A stretch of DNA of 64,000 nucleotides from Eledone cirrhosa (Eukaryota), in contig OZ024743.1 of assembly GCA_964016885.1 (NCBI GenBank), forward strand, positions 59,334,001 through 59,398,000, given 5' to 3'. A program made the position numbers and the translations under genes. How positions within the stretch are numbered: the first letter of the stretch is position 1; each line of letters starts with the position of its first letter. Under the pieces are notes generated by a model. The model worked only from the letters and a program-made list of their open reading frames with translations. It was not told the origin of the DNA and searched no databases. Shown in pieces: positions 1-12,995 of this stretch.

Positions 1-103
1 CGCTCTCTCTCTCTCTGAATAACTAACAATCTAATTGTATCTATTTCTCTGTCTAACGGACTATCTCTCTCTGTAGATGTGTGTGTGTAGTTTTCCTAAT
101 CTT

Positions 104-176
<73 letters not shown>

Positions 177-269
177 GTGTATATATTGAAGGGAGATACG
201 GAAACTAAAACAGTGTTGTCATATAGAGAGTGAAGAGCGAAAGAGAGAGTAAAGCTGTTAAATTATAGA

Positions 270-1840
270 GACAACAAAGACACCTGCTTGGCAAAAGAGT
301 ACCGACCCATTGCATGCCAGAACCTGATGTATAAGATGTATACAGCCTGCCTGAACCTATTCCTCCAAGATTTACTGTGAAAATAATAACATCATAACAG
401 ATGAACAATCAGCTGGAAAGAAAGGGGTTTGGGGATGTGCTGAACAACTCCTAATCAACAAAACTGCGATGTCGGAGGTGCGACAACATAGGAGGAATAT
501 GGCTACATTCTGGGGGGACGACAGGAAACCTTTCGATTCTGTTCCACACTCTTGGATAATAGAGGCCCTCCAACTTGCTAAAGTCCCAGGCATTATTGTC
601 AGAGCCATAGAGAGGCTGTCTTCTTCTTGGGCCACTATCTTACGGTTAAAGACAGAGAGGGAGGACTCTATTTTCACTGATAAAATAAAATATTGCAGGG
701 GTATATTTCAGGGGGACAGTCTCGCTGTGATATTATTCATCTTGTTATTAAACCCCTTGTCCTTTCTGCTCAAGAAATGTGAGAGATACATCATTGGCTC
801 ACAGAAGGACAGAAATACGAACCTAACCCATAATTTATTTGTGGACGATCTGAAACTCTATGCCAAGAACATGGATGGGATGAAGAAAAATCTTGACCTG
901 GTTACAACGTTCTCAAAGGATGTAGGAATGGAGTTTGGCCAAAATAAATGCTCATACATGACTGTAAAGCGGAAAAAAACAACAATCCAATCTAGCAACA
1001 TTGTCATCAATGGCCTAACTGTTTCACCGATATCTGATGAGGACTGCTACAGATACCTGCAGATAGATGAGAACATACCCTATAATGGTATCTGTAATAA
1101 AGAACGCGTAACCAGGGAATACTACACCCGATTAAGAGAGATCTGGTGATCAGGACTCTCTGCGCAAAACAAAACAGTGGCTCACAATGTGTTTGCTGAG
1201 CCTGTCCTAACACCAACGTATGGAATACTCAATTGGACGATAGACGAAATCCGAGCAGTTAATGTTGGAACTCGAAAAATACTAAACAACACCGGAAACT
1301 TCCACATCAACAGTAACATAGACCGCCTTTACTTGAAACGTAAGCAGGGAGGTATAGGCCTAACATCAGTCCGGACAACATTTGAATATCGCATCATATC
1401 TTTCCGACAACATCTACGAACCTCGAAGCGTAGGAGCCAGTTTCTCGAGCAAGTCTATCTGCATGAAACAGATAAGATCATGAGAGTTGGGAAGGAAACC
1501 CTCGAGAGATATTCCCTGTGTGATAATCAAAAACTTACACCCAGGGATGTCGCTCAGCAGTATCGCAGTGAATCCATGGATGAAAAACTGCATACTTATC
1601 AGCAAAAAATCATGTATGGATATGTTGCCAGGAAGCTCCAGAGTCAGAGTAATATAGATAAGGAAAGTAGTCTATCTTGGACCAACAACCGCTATATTGG
1701 CTCCCACTTTGAAGGATACGCTTTTGCAATCCAAGAACAGGAGATTAACACGAAATACCTGATTCACAAAAGAGATAGGGATGCAGGCAAAACACCTAGT
1801 TGTGATAACAAGTGCAGACTCTGCAGAACTAACATCGAGG
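270..1840 (+). pseudogene. R4/Dong-like non-LTR retrotransposon remnant (RT, thumb, start of CCHC finger)
   Basis: Motifs EYRPIACQNLMYK, GCAEQLLINK, GIFQGDSL, LFVDDLKLY, QEQEINTKY and CRLC. ORFs 469-1149 and 1177-1929 are in one frame split by a TGA at 1147-1149. Homology stops at ~1840. Confidence 0.85.
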
Positions 1841-2259
1841 ATAGCAGCTCTTCAGATAGCTATTTCCATTCTATAGGACGTTATGTGTGGGTCACTTTAA
1901 CGGCCGGACTTAATACTATCGGGCAGTAAGCTATATATTTACAAACTGAGAGACTTTACGTCCTATAGAATGGACGAGCTGATCTTTCCGTTGGAAATTC
2001 TCCTAATTTCCAGTCTTTTGTGAAGCGAAACCGTCGGTAATAGCATTTTGGACAGGTGAATATTTAAATCGTATTTTAATTTATTTAAAAGATTGTTTAA
2101 TGTTTACTTGTTCCGCTGATCTCAATGTTATAGTTCTGGTATCTCAAATTACTACCATTGAACAACAAATGTATTATAGACACCCTATATATTTTCGTAG
2201 GTACTTCTTAGTACCTGTGGGGATGTTAATTTCATTTGTTATATATAAATAAATAAATA

Positions 2260-2260
<1 letters not shown>
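1841..2260. mobile_element. Non-autonomous PLE-type fragment with inverted segment and split HHR
   Basis: Inverted repeat tccattctataggacgt (~1865) / acgtcctatagaatgga (~1958). The minus strand has gctat-CTGAAGA-gc; the plus strand has gc-GAAAC-cgtcg-GTA-atagc at ~2025-2044. Confidence 0.55.
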
Positions 2261-2308
<48 letters not shown>

Positions 2309-2539
2309 AAAAAGAGATGAAATCAAAAATGCAACTGGAGTCTTATTTTTTTTTTAAATATATATATTTATATGGTTCCTTTACCGGTTTCGCAGTTCTT
2401 CTGCTTTTCAAAAGTAGAGTTGAGATGGAGGGTCTGTGGTTTTTCTCACTGTTGCATTTTCGATTTCATCTCTTTTTCTGTATACTTTCACTCGTGTAGG
2501 ACATCTCGGTCATTTTTCAATTTGTAAAAAAAACCTCAC

Positions 2540-2624
<85 letters not shown>

Positions 2625-2629
<5 letters not shown>

Positions 2630-3006
2630 CAAGAGTTGCCTCCCTTGTTGTGACGATCACATCACCAATAGAGTAACGTTCTCTAGACAGGAAGTAGCTG
2701 GAGTTGCTTCCCGTTGGGGTGGCAGAGCCCTTTTTGTCACTTCCGTCCCAGGACCTATAAAGGGAATAACTTTCAGCTCTCTACCTCTCTTTTCCCCTTT
2801 CGGCCAGGAACGTTCGTCTGGCAACCGTAACATGGCCTCTTGCGAGCTAACTTCAAAACGGTAACAAATAACTTTACTTCATTCTTTCATCTATTACTCA
2901 TTGACATGACAACTATACTGTTCTACATAACTTCAACTTGTTAATTAAACGTTATATACACAACGTAGTGTCTTGTTATATTCATACAATTCAGTATTTT
3001 GTTATA
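2625..3006 (+). repeat. 5' LTR
   Basis: Begins TGTAGCA and ends tgttata (decayed inverted terminus); near-identical to 4274-4669. Confidence 0.85.
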
Positions 3007-3008
3007 AG

Positions 3009-3020
3009 TGGTGACCCCGA
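3009..3020 (+). promoter_or_regulatory. Primer-binding site, tRNA-Trp type
   Basis: TGGTGACCCCGA, 2 nt after the LTR, is complementary to the 3' end of eukaryotic tRNA-Trp (UCGGGGUCACCA). Confidence 0.75.
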
Positions 3021-4273
3021 AAAAAGAAAAAAATGATACGATCTGGTGTTGTGTGAATATATATAAAAAATTAATTAGCAGTACCCCATTTTCGTTGGAA
3101 TGTGTCGACCAACATTTCGAATACGCAGCAACTTTATTAATAAACTAGGAAAAATTCGCAGCCACAGAAACGAACACACGCACATGTGAAATTCTTGTTC
3201 AGACAGACTCATTTTCAACATGAACATTTATTTTTGCTGAATCTCAACTATTGCTTATTCTTTCCACCAAGTTTTTTTTCATCGTTCACAAAAAAATTGA
3301 ACTCGCCATATTTGTTATACTAAGTGAAACCTTTCTTTCTTTTTCATCATATTGTCACGTTCACACACACATTTTTGAAAATGGCTGCCAACGACCTATT
3401 GCACTATCATTTTCGGGCCATTTTCTCGCGCAATAGAAATATATATTTTTTCAACTTGACTTTAACCTTGTTTCGGCACGTGTGCGGAGCACATATCTCG
3501 ACTCACTGAGATAACACACGCCATAGATAATGTTACTTGCCTAGGATTCTCCAGCCTTAAGCTATATTCTCATATTTGCCGGTTTAAACATTTACCTCGT
3601 AAATTTGCCATTGAAAACTGTGCATTTATCTAGAATGCTTATTTCTTTAGTCGCTGGCCTCTTGACCCTTCCAGGTCAACGCATTCTCAACATCGACCAT
3701 CAATTTGGCTGTTATTTCTAGCACTTTGCGCAACTCATTTTTTCTGGGAAAATTTTTACTGTGAATATAAACATCTAATAGGCTCACTCCGCGAGACAAC
3801 AATATCAACAGCAACACAGCTTCATCAACAACCAAAACCAGCAGAACAAGCCAGAGAATTTATTTTTGTAGCACTCTTCCTGTGAGAAAATCCCTTCTGA
3901 GGTTGGAAATTTCACGTTATACCACAGACCAGAAACCACCTGCATTCATTCTCTGGAACACACTTTCTTTCCTGCTGCCATGTGATTGCATTCCTGTGAA
4001 CTGTATTTTGAATATTTGAACTTTGATCTCTTCTTTTACTTTGATTACATTGTATCTTTGAGTGACGGATAGATAGATGTCCAGTCGTTCTCTGGCCAAG
4101 AGCGATTGGCTACCTTGATATCTATGATTGATTTTTGCATGCATATATTTTGCTGTTTTCCTTTTATTGCAAACATTATTTTTTTCGTAATTTTCATGCC
4201 TGTTACATGCTCGCCATCTTACTCCATACATGTTTCATTCGATTTTTATGTTTAAAAATCTGGCGGGTGATAA

Positions 4274-4664
4274 TGTAGCAAAAGTTGCCTCCCTTGTTGT
4301 GACGATCACATCACTAATAGAGTAACGCTCTCTAGACATGAAGTAGCTGGAGTTGCTTCCCGTTGGGGTGGCAGAGCCCTTTTTGTCACTTCCGTCCCAG
4401 GACCTATAAAGGGAATAACTTTCAGCTCTCTACCTTTCTTTTGTCCTTTGGGCTGCTGACCTTCGGCCAGGAACGTTCGTCTGGCAACCCTAACATGTCC
4501 CCTTACGAACTAACTTCAAAACGGTAACAAATAACTTTACTTCATTCTTTCATCTACTACTCATTGACATGTCAACTATACTGTTCTACATAACTTCAAC
4601 TTGTTAATTAAACGTTATATACACAACCTAGTGTCTTGTTATATTCATACACGCCAGTATTTTG

Positions 4665-4669
<5 letters not shown>
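4274..4669 (+). repeat. 3' LTR
   Basis: Direct repeat of 2625-3006 with a short extra segment near 4450. Confidence 0.85.
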
Positions 4670-4702
<33 letters not shown>

Positions 4703-4813
4703 GCATATATATATGTGTGTATGGGCGGGTGTGTGTTAAATATTCTTGTTTTTTTGGCTAAATCGTGAGTCTTGTAATTCAGAAGTCAACAGAAAAGGAC
4801 ACACCCACTCACT

Positions 4814-4854
<41 letters not shown>

Positions 4855-5683
4855 ACAGACACATACATATATATCTGTATATATATATCATCAGCGAATG
4901 ACCACATAAAACTTATCCGCAAGAAGAACTGATAACTGCATCCCTACATCGTCCGCAAACATTCGGAAGTGCAATATCGCACATTAAGGCCATATTGTAC
5001 GTTTAATTCCAGTATGTGGTTAGTGAACAACTCTATTTTTAGATGCATGCGAAACCATAACCAAATCTAGAATGAACAGGAATATTTACGGATGTTTTTT
5101 CATGAAAAAAATATATAAATACATCAAAATAGTACGACTACAAATATTAATAACGATTATTAATAAACGATTTTTCCCCCTTTTTTCAGCATGTAATTAG
5201 AGGGTGAACCTAATATGAGATTTTCTTCTACATTCCATATTTGAGAGAGAAATGGCAGAATGATGAGAGAAAGCGGTGACGAAAGAATAAAACCATAAAA
5301 TGTTGAGAGAGAACGGTAGCGAGACGGTGAGATAGTGACAGCGAAGAAGAAATTGAAATAGGAAAGAAGAGATTACACAAAGAAAAAAAGGTTAGTTATC
5401 GACAAAATGTGTCCCTTTGTGTGTATATAAATATATTATCAGCAAATGCACGCTTAATAGGTTCAGAATACTATTACATCTATACCTTGTTAGCCACGTT
5501 GGTTGCATGCAATTTTACATGTTAAGATGGTGTTGCACATGTAAGTTTCGTTTGCGCAACATATTGAAGAACATATGGCATGATGAATGTGAAGTGTCGA
5601 CAAATTAAAGCAAAGAAAAGACAGGGAAATTTAGGGAAGTCTTCCGACAGAAACAGGGTTGTATGTGTATATATACACACACC

Positions 5684-5725
<42 letters not shown>

Positions 5726-5824
5726 ATAATAATACATTTGAAGACTAAACTCCAAAGAGGGCTCGATAAGGATAAATATATATCAAATATATAAGAACCG
5801 TAGAGCAAATATTTATTAAAATAA

Positions 5825-5898
5825 CAGATTAAAGTTTAAGCAAAGAATCGCTGCTTTCACCCTTAACGGGATCTTCTGAAACTAACAAAGTCAATCTG
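5825..5898 (-). ncRNA. Type I hammerhead ribozyme, variant core CAGAAGA
   Basis: cagattga..agttt CAGAAGA t-ccc-gttaa-ggg-t GAAA gcag..ttgCTT aaact ttaatctg; stems I-III all pair. Confidence 0.65.
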
Positions 5899-6062
5899 TA
5901 AACGCTGAAGTGGATATTTCAAAAAAAGGTTGCAATTGGAGGAAGACAGGAAGACGATACTTTGGTTCGTGGAAACGTTCGCTATGCAAATAAGTAATGG
6001 TATAAACAAAACATATATTAAGCTCCCACATTAAGACATAAAATATCCACGTATAGATCGTA

Positions 6063-7290
6063 CTATCCGTTGGGGTATAACGTGGGGCTGTAATACAGGA
6101 AAGTTTTGTGCAATTTATGTTTACAAGCCGAAATTGCCTCAGATTTTTTGTTTAAGATGTTGTCTGTAGCGTAGAGTATTTCCAGGGCCTCAGCGGCGCA
6201 GAGGTCACATGGTCTTTTATTTCCGTTATACGATCTAGCCCTAGTTAGGATCTCCCAGTGTAACTTATATTGGGTGTGGTTGTCTTTTAGACTCCAGATA
6301 TAAGCTGAAAGTGACGTCATATTCCTTCTTAGAGGGTAACGAAAAGAATGGGTATGCATGTAAAGACGCTGCTTGAATCTATTGGCGGTTAACCCTATGT
6401 AGGCCCTACGGGACGTGGGTGTTTCAACCTTACATTTGTAGACAATGTTACTAGATAGGCATTTCCCGGATAGGGGGAAATCAACCCGATTCCTACAATT
6501 ACAGTTAGTACTAACTACAGGGTTGCACGTGTTCCTACGGCCAGGTAGATTAGCTAAATTTGAAGCTGTGATGTTATGTGCAAGGTTAGGAGTCGTAGAG
6601 TAATACATTTTAATAGTATTTATATTAAAAACTTTACTCTATTTATGTGTAGGGGAAAATGCTTCGTATTAATGGAAAGAAAGATCTTAGCTAATGGTGT
6701 GGCCACCTCCATATTATATGGTGGGTTATACCAACAAATGCGACGGGATCTATTTCTTCTAGGTCTATTTTCGTACTCTGTATATGCTACCTTATCGACA
6801 AATCCACTCCGAGCAAGAGTTTCATTGTAATAAGTGGAATGGTCGTAGAAAATATACTCGTTAGTAGATAGACGGGAAAGCCTCAACGAAACGTTTCTTA
6901 TCAGGTTCTTGGTTATGCTGGCGGGATGGTTAGAATGCTTACTTATGTAATTAAGCGTATCATTCGGCTTTCTATACGGGTAATACAACTCATTCAATAA
7001 ATTGAGGGTAACGTCGAGGTAATTAACGACCGAGAGATTGGCCTCAACCTGTATAGAGAGGTTGAAGCCTTTAAAGACGGCTGTGAGTTCTTTTCTGAAC
7101 CTGTCGCTAGCACGAGGTCCGCACTTAGTCATGGTCAAAAGACCATCATGACGGTACAAACCACCGCCCGCGTTGTGGAATGTGTCCTTGATAGAGAAAA
7201 GAAGGAAAAGGCCGATAAGATCAGTAACCTCCGCAAAATCGCTGGTGCCCATACTCACGTCGAATGGGGTACTATTGGATTTTTTAATCA
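6063..7290 (-). pseudogene. PLE RT C-terminal half plus GIY-YIG endonuclease, frameshifted near 6615
   Basis: FDVSMG, GLYRHDGL (decayed YRDD), YLDVTL, WYNPPY, CNC...PLSGKC, IVYKC...AYIGLT...FKQR..H. Confidence 0.9.
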
Positions 7291-7406
7291 AAATACTATA
7301 CGTACCTTCACAAGACAAATATATACTTACCTATGCCAATAAGTAATGGTATAAACAAAAGATATATTAGCTATCACATCAAGACTTAAAATATCCACGT
7401 ATAGTC

Positions 7407-8155
7407 GGAGTGGATTTGTCGATAAGGTAGCATATACAGAGTACGAAAATAGACCTAGAAGAAGTAGATCCCGTCGTATTTGTTGGTATAACCCACCATA
7501 TAATATGGAGGTGGCCACACCATTAGCTAAGATCTTTCTTTGCCTTATTACGAAGCATTTTCACCCTACACATAATTATAGTAAAATTTTTAATAGAAAT
7601 ACTATTAAAATTTCTTACTCTACGACTCCTAATCTTGCACATAACATCACAGCTTCAAATTTAGCTAAACTACCTAGCCGTAGGAACAGGCGCCACGCTG
7701 TAGTTAGTACTAATTGTAATTGTAGGAATCGGGTTGATTGCCCCCTATCTGGGAAATGCCCCTCTAGTAACATTGTCTACAAATGTAAGGTTGAAACTCC
7801 CACGTCCCGTAGGGCCTACATAGGGTTAACCGCCAATAGATTCAAGCAGCGTCTTTACATGCATACTCATTCTTTTCGTTACCCTCTAAGAAAGAATATG
7901 CCGCCATTTTTAGCTTATATCTGGAGTCTAAAAGACAACCACACCTAATATAAGTTACACTGGGAGATCCTAGTTAAGGCTAGATCGTATAACGGAAATA
8001 AAAGACCATGTGACCTCTGCGCCGCTGAGGCACTGGAAATACTCTACGCCACAGACCACATCTTAAACAAAAAATCTGAGGCAATTTCGGCTTGTAAACA
8101 TAAATTGCACAAAACTTTCCTGTATTACAGCCCCTCGTTATACCCTAACGGATAG
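7407..8155 (+). pseudogene. Inverted copy of PLE family 1 linker and GIY-YIG, premature stop at ~7948
   Basis: ORF 7505-7948 matches the 6063-6720 translation. Confidence 0.88.
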
Positions 8156-8996
8156 TACGATCTATACTTGGATATTTTACATCTTGATGTGTGGTAGCTA
8201 CGTATATGTTTTGTTTATACCATTACTTATTTGTATAGGTAAGTATATATTACCTGTATGTTTTGTGAAGGTACGTATACCTTCTCGTACTTATATTTGA
8301 TTGTATATGTTATGGCGTATAATTTTATATATTCTGGTACATATGGTTTGGTAATGTGTATACGGGAGTTTTGCGTCTGTGTGAGTATGCAGGTTCGTGC
8401 GTATGTAGGGTGTGTGTATATGTGTACATGATGTTTTGGTGGACTTACGTCTCTGAACATTTGTGTATTTACATGTAGGTATGTGAGCGCGCTTGTTATA
8501 TCCGTATTTATTTATTCATTTATTTATATACGTTTATTTAATTATTTATTTATTTGTATACACGCATACACACACACACATATTTATATGTGCGTGGTTT
8601 TGTATACCTATGGTAAGTGTTTTCGCGTATGCTTCTGAATGTACGTATTTGTATGCGTGTATGTATTTATTTAATTTCTATTACCTCTGTATTGTATTTA
8701 TTTACTTTGTTCTTAACTCTGAAGCCGAGAATCATTCGGTTTCCTAGTTAGAATTTTAGTCTACGACTTCTGCTATACCATTTACGTGGTTTTGTCTTTG
8801 CGTCCAATTTTACTCCACGCTCCACTTATGACGTATTATCTTCGTTTTTTTCGTTCATTGCCAGAGAACGTCTCTATGAACCACATAAGAGAACATTAGT
8901 CTACGACCTCTTTTATACCATAAACGTGGTTCTGTCTTTGCGCGTAATTGTTTTTCACTGCTCCTATTTCACCGCTCCTTTTAATGACGTATTATA

Positions 8997-9130
8997 GTTA
9001 CGTCCCTTTACGAGCTGAGTTCAAATCCCGCCGTGGTTGACTTTGCCTTTCATCCTTACGGGGTCGATAAAATAATGTACCAGTAATGCACTGGTGAATT
9101 GCTGGCCTTGTGCCTAAAGTAGACACAATT
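8997..9130 (+). mobile_element. 5'-truncated tRNA-derived SINE (Nin/Deu-like domain) inserted in the PLE 3' UTR
   Basis: gagttcaaatccc B-box and gactttgcctttcatccttacggggtcgataaa core; flanked by attata repeats. Confidence 0.8.
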
Positions 9131-9240
9131 ATATTCGTTTTTTCCCGTTCTTTGCCAGGGAACGTTTCCACGAACCAAAGTATCGTCTTCCTGGCTTCCT
9201 CCGGTTGCAACGTTTTTTGAAATATCCACTTCTGCGTTTA

Positions 9241-9314
9241 CAGATTGACTTTGTTAGTTTCAGAAGATCCCGTTAAGGGTGAAAGTAGCGATTCTTTGCT
9301 TAACCTTTAATCTG
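9241..9314 (+). ncRNA. Second copy of the family 1 HHR (slightly decayed)
   Basis: Reverse complement of 5825-5898 with two substitutions. Confidence 0.6.
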
Positions 9315-9390
9315 TTATTTTAATAAATATATATATATATATATATCAAAATAAAGATCCGAAGGCATGGTATAAATTTCCAATCATTTT

Positions 9391-9468
9391 AATCACGACA
9401 CATGTTTCAATAAGAAATAGATCGATCGTATGGTCATGATCGATTACCACTGATCTCATCAGCTGAAT
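9391..9468 (-). ncRNA. Minimal type I HHR, partly decayed stem I
   Basis: CTGATGA, extended stem II with atcgatc/gatcgat, then GAAAC atgt GTC. Confidence 0.6.
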
Positions 9469-9648
9469 AATGAAATACCTTCAAATCTTTGATATGAGGG
9501 AGGAAAAAAACAAACGATGTTCACTCACTAGAGTTTTATTCCCCATATGAAGATTCCGCAGCCAAAACACGCCAACTGCTATCGTCATCAGTCAAGTTAG
9601 CAATTTTCAACAGTTGAAAATTGCAAACTTGACTGTCACCTCACATTA

Positions 9649-9687
9649 TGAACCTGAAGATTGCGAAAGCATGAAAGTACTTGTTCA
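9649..9687 (+). ncRNA. Minimal type I hammerhead ribozyme
   Basis: tgaac CTGAAGA t-tgc-gaaa-gca-t GAAAG ta CTT gttca; perfect stem I and palindromic stem III (AAGTACTT). Confidence 0.8.
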
Positions 9688-9843
9688 ATTAACACTTAAC
9701 ATTTAATATTCTACCATACTATTTCATTCTAATACCATTATAAATTTTAAAGGATTGTGAATAAAACGAGTAAATCAGACAAAGTTGGAATTCCTTTTAT
9801 TAATATAATCTTCTATACTCAATCATACACACCCGTGTATATT

Positions 9844-10005
<162 letters not shown>

Positions 10006-10111
10006 GCATGCCAATTCTAACACATATATATCCTAGAAACGATCGTTAAATAATGAACTTTTTTTGTTTAATATAAGGAACTGTTTCATTGTTTTATTCA
10101 TTATCTTTTTA

Positions 10112-10186
<75 letters not shown>

Positions 10187-10195
10187 GTATATGTA

Positions 10196-10421
<226 letters not shown>

Positions 10422-10438
10422 TATGTATATATATATAT

Positions 10439-10525
<87 letters not shown>

Positions 10526-10527
<2 letters not shown>

Positions 10528-10637
10528 AACCAGTAAGACCCCGACAGCTGAGCTCAAGCCGTTTCGACGGCTAATTCTGGACTAAATGAAAATTTATCCT
10601 GGTATTTAAATAGCCGAACTTCTCAAGGGGTAATTCC
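10526..10637 (-). ncRNA. HHR of PLE family 2 (inverted arm)
   Basis: Reverse complement of 14399-14510. Confidence 0.7.
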
Positions 10638-11746
10638 ATATATGGTCAAAGTGATTGTCAAAAATCAGTAGTAATTCTGTGGTTGCAAATTAGTAGGGGA
10701 GATGGTGGCTAAACCTGCCAGTAGGAGAAAGAGGGGAGGGGGTGGAGTAGACCCAATCAAGCGTTGGTAGTGCCAGCTACAGCTGGGCATGAGGTCAAAG
10801 AAGATACAGGGGAGGGGGAGGGGGAGGAAGTCGGAACGGTAGGTAGAACAATGGGGGGTAGAAATATATAGGAAAGAAACAATACTGAGATTGAAGAAAA
10901 GCATATAAGTGTAAAGAAAAAAGTAGAGTAAATTAAATTCTACGACCTAGGTCTCTAGCTATTGTTAGGCTAGAATAAATAAATAAAGAAAGAAAGAAAG
11001 AAGTAAAGAAAGAAATAAAGAAATAACGAAATAAGTAAAAGAACTAGGTGGGACGTAATAGGCAAGGACCCTTTTAAGAGGTATAAGTACGTAAATGATA
11101 CGGTGACGGTTCAACAAAAGGGGCCAAAATACTAAAGAGACTACCACGAAATAAACAATAAAGGTTTCCATCCCGGGTACAATGCCAGCAACCACCCAGT
11201 GCAGCAAAGTGAACTAGTACGAGATAATAATTCTGAGTCCCGAGAAAAATATATACTAATGCTAACTCTAAAAGATCTAAAACAAGCTACATGAAAGTTC
11301 GTACGAAGTAAAGGTAGAATACGGAAAAATAAATTCAGAATCCACCCCGCCCAAAAGAAAAGCGAAGAAAGAAATACTGAAACGAAAAAATAAGGCATAA
11401 GTGCCACTAAGAAATATAGAGGGCACAGAGAATAGTGGGAGCGGTCGAAAAAAGGGTACAATTATCCGGGGTCTAAACCAACTGCTATAAAGGGCGGAGT
11501 CCGCCAAATCTATCATAGACTAGGGGAGGGGGTGGGGGTACTAAGGCTACAAGGGGCCAAAGGGCAGCCTCGGGTGGGCGAGAAAAGACGCCGACAAAGG
11601 AGAAGAGCTGGGGTAGAAGGACTAAGGAGAGAGGGGGGAAGGAAATAAAGGAAGCGATAAAAGAATACAAAGAAGATCTTACGTCTCCCTTGGCAAGCAG
11701 GGGTTACCCATTGCAAAATCGGCAAGTGGGGTGTTATAGCCCTAGT

Positions 11747-12995
11747 CTACACCCCCGGGTCATTATGGGGTTTGAGGGCGAGGTAAGTCCTACGCAATCT
11801 ATGTTTACATGCAGTAACCAGTTCATCTTTCTTGTTTAGGAGTTGGTCCGTCGAAAACAGCATTTGTAAAGTTTCCTCCGAGCATAAATTGCACGGACGG
11901 CGTCCTCCCGTGTAAGAATTGGCTCTGGACAGTAATCTCCAAGTGAGATCATAGGTGATGTTGTTGTCCTTGAGGTCCCATATGTGGCCCGAAAGTGTAG
12001 TGGCGTGACGCCGGGCCGGGTTTCGGAAGCTATGTCTATGTTGGTATAGCCGGGTCTTGAAGTCACATGCGGTAAGTCCTATATAGGCTTTGTTGGAGGT
12101 ATCCGTCCTCACGTTGCACTGGTAGATCACATTACGGTCTCTGCATCTATTGTCGAATGGGCAAATAGATCTATCCGGGCAGTTACACCTCCTGGTCGGT
12201 TCTCCACTGCTATTTAGGTTATTTCTGCCATCGGGGTTGAGTTTTTTGTTGTTAGAGGAGACGATGTTTTGTGCGAAGTTTGGTGTAGTGCTGTAAGAGA
12301 GTTTGATGGTATTTTTGTTAATTATGTTGTGGTAGCGGTGTTGCAATGGGAAGTGTTTTTCAATGAGCCTAAAGAATAGTTTCCCGATGGGAGTTGTCAC
12401 CTCTGCGTTGTGGGGAGGATTGAACCATGTTACATTGCGTGAGCGGCGGTGTCTCCTGCTGGTTCCGCTAATGGGAGCTGGACAGTAGGATATTTCCTCC
12501 CGGAAACCACTCCGCTTGAGGGCCTGGTTGTAATAAGGCGCATGTTCATCGAATATCCGCTCATTAGCTGACAAACGGGATGTGCGGAGGGAGATGTTTT
12601 TGACCAGGTTGTTTGTGATGTTCCTAGGATGGTTTGATCAGCGGTGGATGTAGTGCAGATTGTCATTAGGTTTCCTGTATGGGTAGTACAGGTCGTTTTC
12701 GAGGTCGAGGGTCACGTCCAGGAAGTTTACTCGGGTCAGGGACGTTTGTAGGGTTATTTTAAATCCCCAGTCGCGGAAGAATCTGATTAATTGTTTCCGG
12801 ACCCGATCTGTACTACTGGGGTTGTACCCTTTAAGGGTAAGGAGCCCATCATCACGGTACAATCCACCACCGAATGCAGGAAACATATCAGTGAGTTTGG
12901 CTATTAGGAATAATCCTATAAGATCTGTGACCTCCGCCGAATCCGTGGCGCCCATGCTGACGTCGAAGGGTGAGTCGGGAGCTCTTTTTATACCT
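11747..12995 (-). pseudogene. PLE RT C-terminal half plus GIY-YIG, frameshift near 12635
   Basis: FDVSMG, GLYRDDGL, FLDVTL, WFNPP, CNC....CPFDNRC, VIYQC...AYIGLT, CNLC. Confidence 0.9.

Larger units (their letters stand above)
2625..4669 (+). mobile_element. Internally deleted LTR retrotransposon (Gypsy-like), non-autonomous
   Basis: Two ~390 bp direct repeats, a primer-binding site after LTR1, a G-rich tract (ggcgggtga) before LTR2, and ~1.27 kb of degenerate internal sequence. Confidence 0.85.
5722..9330. mobile_element. Penelope-like element family 1 (Nematis-like), two truncated copies head-to-head
   Basis: Minus arm 5722-~7404 and plus arm ~7407-9330 share RT/GIY-YIG and 3' UTR sequence; both ends abut (TA)n. 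Confidence 0.9.

Noticed and set aside
1147-1149. In-frame TGA as selenocysteine or readthrough
   Set aside because: The element is truncated and decayed and no SECIS was seen; a nonsense mutation is simpler.
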